Sequence record: MZ574431.2 | Reading direction: 5' to 3' (one strand) | Length of the DNA stretch: 64,000 nucleotides | Part shown: in pieces, positions 17,266-24,263 of the stretch | How positions within the stretch are numbered: position 1 is the stretch's first letter | How the letters are laid out: each line of letters begins with the position of its first letter | The notes under the pieces: generated by a model | The model's database searches: none | Seen by the model: only the letters and a program-made list of their open reading frames with translations | Told to the model about the DNA's origin: nothing | Program-made: the position numbers and the translations under genes

Positions 17266-18552
17266 ATGAGTCTCCTCGAACCCCGCGACTACTATAAGCC
17301 CTTCAACTACGCCTGGGCCTACGACGCCTTCAAGAAGATGCGCGCCATGGCCTGGGAGCCGCACGAGGCCCCCATGGCCGACGACGTCAAGGATTGGCGT
17401 CACAAGCTCGTCGATGACGAGCGTGAATTCTTGACACAACTTTTCCGGTTCTTCACCCAGGCGGACATCGACATCGCCAAGGGCTACCGGAGCAAGTACA
17501 TGCCCCGGTTCGAGCATCCTGAAATCCAGATGATGTTCGCCGCCTTCGTCGACGCCGAGGCCAACCACATCGACGCCTACTCCACCCTGATGGAGACGCT
17601 GGGCATCTCGGAGGGCGAATACAAGGCCTTCCACAACTACAAGGCCATGCGCGAGAAGCACGAATACCTGTTCGAGCGCTCGCAGGGCAAGAGCCTCGCC
17701 GATCTGGCCGTCGACATCGCCATCTTCTCGGCGTTCGGCGAAGGCATGCAACTGTTCTCGTCCTTCGCCCTGCTGATGAGCTTCCAGCGGCGCGGCCTGA
17801 TGAAGGGCATGACCACGATCGTCGAATGGTCGATCCGCGACGAGACCCACCACGTCGAGTCGATGATCAAGCTGTTCCATGAACTGGTCAAGGAACACCC
17901 GCGCATCTGGAACGACGAGACCAAGGCGCGTGTCTATCAGACCTGCCGTGACATGGTGGACCTGGAAGACGCCTTCATCGACCAAGCCTTCGGTCTGACC
18001 CGCATCGCCGGCGTCACGCCCGAGGAGACCAAGGCCTACATCCGCTACATCGCCGACCGGCGCCTGCTGCAACTGGGCCTCAAGCCCAACTACGACCAGA
18101 AGACCAATCCGTTCGAGTGGCTTGAGGAGATCATGAACCTCCCGACCCACACCAATTTCTTCGAGCAGCGGTCGACCGAGTACAGCAAGGGCGAGATCGA
18201 AGGCTGGGACGAGGCCTTCGAACTGATGAGCCGGGGCTTTGCGCCGGCGATCGATTCGCCGCACGCGGGCTCGACGCCGGTCCTCACCTCGATCCCCAAG
18301 ATCGCCTACATCGTCCACTCCAAGCCCGGTTGCCCGCACTGTGACCGCGCCAAGGCGCTGCTGGACGCGCGCAAGATCGTCTACGTGTCGCAATCCCACG
18401 ACACCGACGAGACGCGCTTTGATCTGCTGTCCTCGATCAAGACCGAGTTCGGCGTGCCCTGGCGCACCTTCCCGGCGATCATCGACCTGCAAGGCTTTGA
18501 GCCGCGCTTCGTTGGCGGCGCCGACGCCCTGACGCAGGAGCTTGCACGATGA
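17266..18552 (+). CDS. nrdB: Ribonucleotide reductase beta subunit with a C-terminal glutaredoxin domain
   Basis: Di-iron ligands (FFTQAD, EANH, GEGMQLFSSF, RDETHH), NFFEQRSTEY tail, then VHSKPGCPHCDRAK...TFPAI...VGG. Confidence 0.93.
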   Translation: MSLLEPRDYYKPFNYAWAYDAFKKMRAMAWEPHEAPMADDVKDWRHKLVDDEREFLTQLFRFFTQADIDIAKGYRSKYMPRFEHPEIQMMFAAFVDAEANHIDAYSTLMETLGISEGEYKAFHNYKAMREKHEYLFERSQGKSLADLAVDIAIFSAFGEGMQLFSSFALLMSFQRRGLMKGMTTIVEWSIRDETHHVESMIKLFHELVKEHPRIWNDETKARVYQTCRDMVDLEDAFIDQAFGLTRIAGVTPEETKAYIRYIADRRLLQLGLKPNYDQKTNPFEWLEEIMNLPTHTNFFEQRSTEYSKGEIEGWDEAFELMSRGFAPAIDSPHAGSTPVLTSIPKIAYIVHSKPGCPHCDRAKALLDARKIVYVSQSHDTDETRFDLLSSIKTEFGVPWRTFPAIIDLQGFEPRFVGGADALTQELAR

Positions 18553-18986
18553 GCGTCGCTCATTTCCGCAAGCTTACCCCGACGGCGATCCTCCCCACCA
18601 GGGGATCGCCGCACGCGGCCGGCCTGGACCTGTATTATGACGGCGCCAAGCCGATTTCGCTCTGGGCCGGGCAGACGATCATGGTTTCCACGGGTTTGGC
18701 TATCGAGCAAATGCCCGATGGATGCTATGCTCGCGTAGCTCCTCGGTCTGGTATGTCTGTTAAGGGCAGTGATGTCCTGGCCGGCGTGGTCGATGGAGAC
18801 TATCGTGGGGAGATCAGGGTAGTCCTCCACGGCGTGAACTACGAGCGCCCCGCGATCGAAATCAATCCAGGCGACCGCATCGCTCAGTTGATTTTTGAGC
18901 GATACACGCATGCGGAAGTGCTTGAAGTTCACGAGACCAATGATACACAACGGGGCGCCGGCGGATTTGGTTCCACCGGGGCTTGA
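18549..18986 (+). CDS. dut: Trimeric dUTPase
   Basis: AAGLDL, PRSG, GVVDGDYRGEI, RIAQL, RGAGGFGSTG. Confidence 0.95.
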   Translation: MSVAHFRKLTPTAILPTRGSPHAAGLDLYYDGAKPISLWAGQTIMVSTGLAIEQMPDGCYARVAPRSGMSVKGSDVLAGVVDGDYRGEIRVVLHGVNYERPAIEINPGDRIAQLIFERYTHAEVLEVHETNDTQRGAGGFGSTGA

Positions 18987-19117
18987 TGATTGTCAATCGA
19001 ACTGCGAAGCTAGGGTCTAATTGCCGCAGAGCTTCAATTTTCGCTTGCGCCTTCGTCATGACGTGATACATGGCTTAAGTCATATATCGTGTCATCATAA
19101 CGAAGGTGAAAAATCTC

Positions 19118-19828
19118 ATGGCTCTAGCCTCCGCTGTCAAGGCCCCGACGACGTCGGCCGGCTCCCGTGCATCCGCCCAAAAGGCGCGTGGCAAGACCTC
19201 CCGCACGACCAACGTGTGGATGAGGAACGGCGACGAAAGCTCGGTCCACGGTCGGCTGACGTCGCGCCGCGTCCAACTGGGCCTGGACCAGATCGACATT
19301 GCCAATCGCATGGGCGTGGCCCGCGCGGCCTATTCCCAGTACGAGACCGGCAAGGTCGTCCCCTCGCTCGAAAAGATCGAGAAGGCTGCCGAAGCGCTTG
19401 AGACCACGCCCCAGTGGATCGCGTTCGGCGGCAGCAATCACGAAATCAAGATCATGTCCTACGTGACCGGCTCGCGCACGTGGGTCGACACCGGCGAGAC
19501 GTGGCCGATCCCGGCATCTTGGCTGAAGTCCAAGTTCCCCAACCTCAACCCCCACAGTCTGGACGCGTTCGAGGCCACCACCGACAGCCCGAGCGCCATG
19601 GTCCAGAAGGGCGACATCCTGATCGTCGCCCGCGACCAGAAGCCCAACAACAAGCTGTACCAGGAATTCGTCTTCTCGATGAACGGCGAATGTCACACCG
19701 ACAACGTCCGCAAGGTCGAAGGCGGCTTCCTGATCGGCTCGGGCGACGAAGGCAATCCGCCCGTCCAGGTCAGCCACCACGCGATCCGCATCCTGGGTCA
19801 GGTGGTCACGATCGTCGCCGCTGCGTAA
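19118..19828 (+). CDS. XRE-family HTH regulator with an S24-like C-terminal domain
   Basis: HTH LDQIDIANRMGVARAAYSQYETG; C-terminal DSP...KGDILIV. Confidence 0.8.
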   Translation: MALASAVKAPTTSAGSRASAQKARGKTSRTTNVWMRNGDESSVHGRLTSRRVQLGLDQIDIANRMGVARAAYSQYETGKVVPSLEKIEKAAEALETTPQWIAFGGSNHEIKIMSYVTGSRTWVDTGETWPIPASWLKSKFPNLNPHSLDAFEATTDSPSAMVQKGDILIVARDQKPNNKLYQEFVFSMNGECHTDNVRKVEGGFLIGSGDEGNPPVQVSHHAIRILGQVVTIVAAA

Positions 19829-19858
19829 AGCTCGTCACGACGACACGAAATATGACAT

Positions 19859-19891
19859 GGCCCGCCGGAGCGATCCGGCGGGCCTCTTTTT
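19859..19891 (+). terminator. Rho-independent terminator of the replication operon
   Basis: GGCCCGCCGGA-GCGA-TCCGGCGGGCC followed by TCTTTTT. Confidence 0.85.
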
Positions 19892-19962
19892 GTTCTGGTT
19901 TGAAAACGATTGCCAATGTCCACCCTGAGTGGACAAAACGGCCAGCAGCTAAACCGCGCATG

Positions 19963-19992
19963 AAAAGGCCCGCCAGATCGCTCCGGCGGGCC
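19963..19992 (-). terminator. Minus-strand Rho-independent terminator (near-copy of 19859-19891, inverted)
   Basis: Minus strand reads GGCCCGCCGGAGCGATCTGGCGGGCC-TTTT. Confidence 0.75.
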
Positions 19993-20275
19993 TCTGGGGT
20001 AGGGGAAAGCCGAAAGCTCGGCTGCCCAGGGTAAGGACTGGCCCGAAGGCGCCTTGGGTCCGGTGATCCGGGGTAACGGGTCCTCCCCGCGCCCTCACCG
20101 GCCCCAAAGCAGAGGCTGTGCAGCCTGCTCTGTCCTGGCTCCGACTCGCTCTTGCTTGGCCATCCAGCCTTGCTTCACCGCACGCCGCGTGAACCCATCA
20201 CCGATAGGTGGCGCCCGCCCTCCCTTCCAGTCGGCTCGGGGCGGGACGAAGACGCGTCACAGCGCCTCCGATGTC
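19963..20275 (-). ncRNA. Candidate structured ncRNA of unknown family
   Basis: Own promoter (-35 at 20302-20307, -10 at 20280-20285), own terminator, multiple helices including a C(UUCG)G loop, no credible ORF. Confidence 0.5.
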
Positions 20276-20279
20276 CCCC

Positions 20280-20319
20280 ACCATAGCGACCCCGACGTAG
20301 GTGTCAAGAAATGCGTCAT
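20280..20319 (-). promoter_or_regulatory. GTGACG-N6-TTGACA-family promoter on the minus strand
   Basis: ATGACG-CATTTC-TTGACA-N16-TATGGT. Confidence 0.65.
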
Positions 20320-20529
20320 GAAGAAAGAGGGCTTGACGCCCACCTTCAGCGTGGCATCCTGCCTGGGCATCGACAACCCAGGCCTCCTCTTCCGTTGGGA
20401 CTGGACCGGATTGCGGGTGTGGAGGCGTCCTGTGGCGCTGGACTTCCGGGGGACCCTCCACACTGACACCATTTAGAATTCACGTCGCGGCGACATAATG
20501 CTTGACACGGCTCACGAGGTAGGTTACAG

Positions 20530-20925
20530 GTCAGGAGTTGTCGGCTGAAGGGTCCTTCGGGACCTGGATGACGGGCTACATAGACACTGTACTGGACCGG
20601 GGTGCGATTCCCCGCGCCTCCACCACCAAGTCCCCCGGCTGGAGCCCACAAGGCTCCACCGATCCTGCCCAGCGAGGGATCGGCATCTGAACGGTTCGGG
20701 GGACTTTGTACTGGGGGCGATCAGCATCGACAGGCAGAAGAAGTGGAAGACGCGACACGGCATGGCTGCCGGTTCCCATCAGGGTTCGCTCGGCCAACAT
20801 TGATAAATGTCAATGCTTCGAACGACAACGACGTCGTGGTTTCGACCATGACCTCGGTCAAGCTGGCCGCTTAACGGCTCGGGGTTCAGAAGGCGCCTTT
20901 TCACCCAATGGCCTTCAGCTTGCCC
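20530..20925 (+). ncRNA. ssrA: Circularly permuted two-piece tmRNA
   Basis: T-arm and acceptor CGCCTCC-A-CCA end at 20625; 5' GGGGGCG at 20713 gives G3:U70; tag frame ends ...SVKLAA-stop (20872-20874); GCTGAAGG 20544-20551 pairs with CCTTCAGC 20912-20919; TTGACA at 20502. Outer ends approximate. Confidence 0.9.
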
Positions 20926-20929
20926 TCAG

Positions 20930-21140
20930 GGGCTCAGAGGACAGGCGGCGCAAGCCGCGCGATCAACACCAGGGGGCGGCCTGGGTCCCGAAACCGCCCA
21001 CTCCTCCTGCTTTCGCAGGCGGGATCACCACCGGCCCTCAGGCTGGTTCTGTCGGCAAACGATCAACCTGCCGGTGCTCTGATCCCGTCTACGAAAGCTG
21101 GAGGTTCGGCGCCGCCCTCGGGAGGCATCGAGCTTTCATC
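20930..21140 (+). ncRNA. Candidate structured RNA domain between tmRNA and tRNA-Met
   Basis: GCGGC-GCAA-GCCGC; 21019-21027/21080-21088; 21029-21035/21070-21076; 21093-21099/21131-21137. Confidence 0.45.
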
Positions 21141-21143
21141 TGG

Positions 21144-21220
21144 TGCGGGGTGGAGCAGTCCGGTAGCTCGCTTGGCTCATAACCAAGAGGTCAAGGGTTC
21201 AAATCCCTTCCCCGCTCCCA
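21144..21220 (+). tRNA. tRNA-Met (CAT), initiator-like
   Basis: Cloverleaf; anticodon arm CTTGG-CTCATAA-CCAAG; unpaired 1:72 (U:U); encoded CCA. Confidence 0.92.
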
Positions 21221-21249
21221 AATCTTCGCCTATATAGGCAAGTAGACAA

Positions 21250-21563
21250 GGCCGCTGAACCGGCATCCTCGGATGTCGATGAAAGGTCTAACCTCGCGTC
21301 GTTCCCTGGTCAGTAGGGGAGCGGCAGTCGGAGCAGATAAGGCGGGCGCGCAGCGGCCGAGATAAGGGCTTCGATTAGTCGGTCGGCGGGCTAGAGGGAT
21401 GAGAGGCCAGATGTCTCCTGCCGGAGGGACGCTGGCCGAACCTTACGATCTGCTTTCCAGGCCTCACGTTCGGCCCCAGTCAATGGGGTCAGGGGTTGAG
21501 GCTAGACCCCGGCGAGACGCCTGTAGCAGGCTCACAAGCTAGGACGTGCGGCCTGGAAAGCAG
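21250..21563 (+). ncRNA. Candidate structured RNA domain between two tRNAs
   Basis: 21250-21257/21351-21358; 21405-21410/21432-21437; perfect 14-bp 21450-21463/21550-21563 enclosing three small hairpins. Confidence 0.5.
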
Positions 21564-21568
21564 GCCGG

Positions 21569-21643
21569 GGTGACATAGCTCAATGGTAGAGCGGGGGCCT
21601 CATACGCCTCAGGTTCTTGGTTCGAGTCCAAGTGTCACCTCCA
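21569..21643 (+). tRNA. tRNA with CAT anticodon (elongator Met or Ile2)
   Basis: GGTGACA/TGTCACC acceptor, GGGGC-CTCATAC-GCCTC, GTTCGAG T-loop, CCA. Confidence 0.9.
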
Positions 21644-21799
21644 AACCATAGCAGCGCCGTACCGGTCACTGGGCATTGCGACCCACACCCACGGCTCAAG
21701 GGACCGGCGCCGGGACCTTGAAGGGGTTGGCCATACCCGGCACAAGGCCAAAAGGAACCCAGCCCCAGGTACGCCTCGGGTTGGGTTTTCCTTTTTGTA

Positions 21800-21874
21800 G
21801 ATGCCGTGGCAGAATGGTAATGTGCAGGACTGCAAATCCTGTTTGTGCGGGTTCGAGCCCCGTCGGCATCTCCA
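21800..21874 (+). tRNA. tRNA-Cys (GCA)
   Basis: GATGCCG/CGGCATC acceptor, CAGGA-CTGCAAA-TCCTG, U73, CCA. Confidence 0.93.
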
Positions 21875-21891
21875 ATCCCGAAAGAGACGCC

Positions 21892-22149
21892 ATGACCGCG
21901 CCACTCCGCTTCGATGACGATCGTCTGGACCATGATGAATTCACGATCGCCTTAGCCACGATGCTGGCGCGCCGCGATGGCCTGGACCTAGGCGCCCTGC
22001 GCAACTTCGGTGAGACCGATCTTCCGGGGCCGAACAAGTACGAGTACCTCCGCAGCGCCGAACGCTTCACCGAGCCTTTCCTGGGCTCGAAGGTCGTGAC
22101 CCCGACCGAGCTAGCCGAGGTGTGGCTGAGCCTCCCGCCGAAGGCCTAA
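21892..22149 (+). CDS. Hypothetical protein
   Basis: ATG after GAGA; phage codon bias. Confidence 0.65.
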   Translation: MTAPLRFDDDRLDHDEFTIALATMLARRDGLDLGALRNFGETDLPGPNKYEYLRSAERFTEPFLGSKVVTPTELAEVWLSLPPKA

Positions 22150-22155
22150 ACCGGC

Positions 22156-22482
22156 ATGCCCGCAATTCCCCTCAGGCCCAGGGCCGAGCGCGATCCGGCG
22201 ATCACCGCCATCGTCGACGCAGTCGTGGCCAAGCACCGCCCGGCGATGGACGCGGTGATCGAGCAGGCCAGGGTCTACGGCCTGGAGCAGCGCGACGCGA
22301 TCCGGCTCTTGGTCCAGGGATCATCGCCGGCGATGGCCAGGGCCTACATGCGCCAGTTCGAGGTCAGCTACCTCTACGCCTATGGCCTGCCATGGGTCCT
22401 GCCGATCAACGGCGCAGGCAATCCAGCGCTCCACCTGCCCGGATGCCGGGACCTGGGCGCCTACCACGTCCGCCTTTCATGA
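22156..22482 (+). CDS. Hypothetical protein
   Basis: ORF track; operon position. Confidence 0.6.
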   Translation: MPAIPLRPRAERDPAITAIVDAVVAKHRPAMDAVIEQARVYGLEQRDAIRLLVQGSSPAMARAYMRQFEVSYLYAYGLPWVLPINGAGNPALHLPGCRDLGAYHVRLS

Positions 22483-22515
22483 AAAAAGCCGCAGGCCTCA
22501 GGCCGGCGGCTTTTT
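22482..22515. terminator. Bidirectional terminator
   Basis: AAAAAAGCCGC...GCGGCTTTTT between convergent ORFs. Confidence 0.75.
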
Positions 22516-22740
22516 GTCTTTCAGGGCTAGGACTTCGTCCAGCGCGCCCGGTGACCACTCCGGCATGGCGTTGGCGGTCACCCCTGGGCGGTAGAACGCG
22601 CCCTGGAGCCTCGGCGCGAAAGCGGCGCTGACCGCCGTCATGAAGCCCATGACGTCGTAGCGATCCTCGGGGGCGATGTCGCTGCTGATCCGCTGGCCCT
22701 TGGCTCTCATGTCGTCGACGGTCATGGGGTCCCTCTCCAT
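22498..22740 (-). CDS. Hypothetical protein
   Basis: ORF track frame; start chosen at MERD. Confidence 0.5.
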   Translation of the reverse strand: MERDPMTVDDMRAKGQRISSDIAPEDRYDVMGFMTAVSAAFAPRLQGAFYRPGVTANAMPEWSPGALDEVLALKDKKPPA

Positions 22741-22929
22741 CGTCCTGGCCGGCCTACCCGATTTGGGCGATCCGCGCCACAGAAATCGCCATCTCACCTA
22801 AGAAACATAGCCGAAGGCTTCCAAAGGGTATTTCTGCAATCAAAACAGCCACTTGAAGAGTTGAGCTGGCTGTGCTATAGTCTTTTCATGATCAGAGAAG
22901 GGCTCTGATCTAGGAGACACAGTGAACCT

Positions 22930-23445
22930 ATGAAGGAAGAACGCGACAGCCAGCGATCGAAGCTATATAAGGCCGAGAGAGTTCTGGAACCAATGAGCAG
23001 TCGACTTGAGACCGTTCAGGAGATGGACACTTTCATCAGAAAGGTCTTGCAGAAAGCACCGATCCAGGCCCGCTATGCCTCTGAGGCGCGGCGGTCGATC
23101 GAAGTCGGGGATGGTCGAGGTCGCTCGCGCACGGCCGGCGGTGATCGAGATGGCATCGCCGTGCCCAGGGCCGGCCGCACCCAATGGATCGTCCTGCATG
23201 AGGTCGCCCACACCCTGACGATGCGACGCTACGGGACACACATCGCCGCGCATGGCTGGCAGTACGCCGCCGTCTACCTGGACCTGATCCGCTTTGGCAT
23301 GGGCGCAGAAGCCCACAGGACGCTCAAGGAGAGCTTCAAGGCCCACAAGGTGCGTTGGACACCCAAGCGCTCACGCCCGGCCTCTCCTGAGACCCTGGAG
23401 CGTCTGCGCCTGATGCGTGAGGCCAGGAAGGGCGTGACGCCCTGA
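22930..23445 (+). CDS. SprT-like HExxH putative zinc metalloprotein
   Basis: WIVLHEVAH...AHGWQY; upstream TTGAAG-N17-TATAGT promoter. Confidence 0.65.
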   Translation: MKEERDSQRSKLYKAERVLEPMSSRLETVQEMDTFIRKVLQKAPIQARYASEARRSIEVGDGRGRSRTAGGDRDGIAVPRAGRTQWIVLHEVAHTLTMRRYGTHIAAHGWQYAAVYLDLIRFGMGAEAHRTLKESFKAHKVRWTPKRSRPASPETLERLRLMREARKGVTP

Positions 23446-23687
23446 TAACCTGAAGGTGATAGGAAGTGACGGTCTTGATCACTCGGAGGTGATAGTCGCG
23501 ACCGGCGAGCGAGGGCGTAGCCCGAGAGAGGTGGGAGGCGTTGGACAAGAAAGGCCTCCCACGACGGTTCCGTGGTCGCGTGAATGATAGTTCATTCATG
23601 GGAGGCCTGCTTGTCTCGGCGGGGAAGGTGTGAGGAACCCAGTCCCCGCGTCGGGCGCGCGCTGTGTGCCAGCTTGACTAAAGGCTG

Positions 23688-24263
23688 TCAACCCTTGCGC
23701 GCGATGAGGTCGTCCTGAAGCACGATGACGGTGACGACAGCCTTGTGCGACAGCGAATAGTTCTTGCCGCCGCTGACCTGATCGCCCGGAAGGTGGAGCG
23801 CAACACAGCCGCTCAGGCGCCAGTCGCCTTCGACGCGGGCGCCATCAGCCAGGGTGCGCTCGCCGCCTGGGTGCCCCATGATAGCAGAGCGCTGCTTGGA
23901 CGTGATCAGCACCCGATAGCGCTCGAAGTCCGTCCCCAGCGCGCCGAGCAGACCTTCGTTGCGGCCCTCATATTCGACCCGATCGGGCGTCACCCAGAAA
24001 TAGAAGACGTCCTGCTTGCCCAGGCGGGCGGGAACGCGCAGGATTTCCCGATCACGTTCGCGCGTCCTGGCGATGGCGTCGTCCATGGTCCTCAACTCGA
24101 TCTCTCGGGCGCGCATCTCCCGGTCCACCGGCATCTTGAGGACCTCGTCCATCCGGGCGAAGTGGGCCTCGGCCCTGGCCAGGGCGTTGCGGTAGATCGA
24201 GCCCTGCTTGTCGACTTTCGGGGCATAGGTGATCGTGGCGATTTGGGTGAGGTCGGGCGTCAT
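23688..24263 (-). CDS. Hypothetical protein
   Basis: Starts MTPDLTQ, overlapping the SNF2 stop; 3' part of track ORF 23688-25325. Confidence 0.7.
   Translation of the reverse strand: MTPDLTQIATITYAPKVDKQGSIYRNALARAEAHFARMDEVLKMPVDREMRAREIELRTMDDAIARTRERDREILRVPARLGKQDVFYFWVTPDRVEYEGRNEGLLGALGTDFERYRVLITSKQRSAIMGHPGGERTLADGARVEGDWRLSGCVALHLPGDQVSGGKNYSLSHKAVVTVIVLQDDLIARKG

Noticed and set aside
19859-19992. MITE or invertible segment formed by two near-identical inverted hairpins
   Set aside because: More simply explained as back-to-back intrinsic terminators for convergent transcripts; the same GGA-GCGA-TCC loop recurs in the terminator at 35415
20110-20450. RNase P RNA (GGAAGUCCAGC ... 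GACAGAGCAGGCU resemble the P4 strands on the minus strand)
   Set aside because: The putative P4 has an A-A mismatch, other conserved regions were not found, and a promoter lies between the two halves; kept as unknown ncRNA pending cmscan
20602-20874. 90-aa protein-coding ORF
   Set aside because: It runs through the tmRNA tRNA-like domain; only its last ~20 codons are meaningful, as the tag frame
21270-21290. Hammerhead ribozyme core (GAUGAAA)
   Set aside because: Lacks the CUGAUGA and GAAA-stem arrangement
21450-21563. SRP RNA or 6S RNA
   Set aside because: No SRP helix-8 GGAA/AGCAG motif, and the interior is multibranched rather than a 6S-type central bubble
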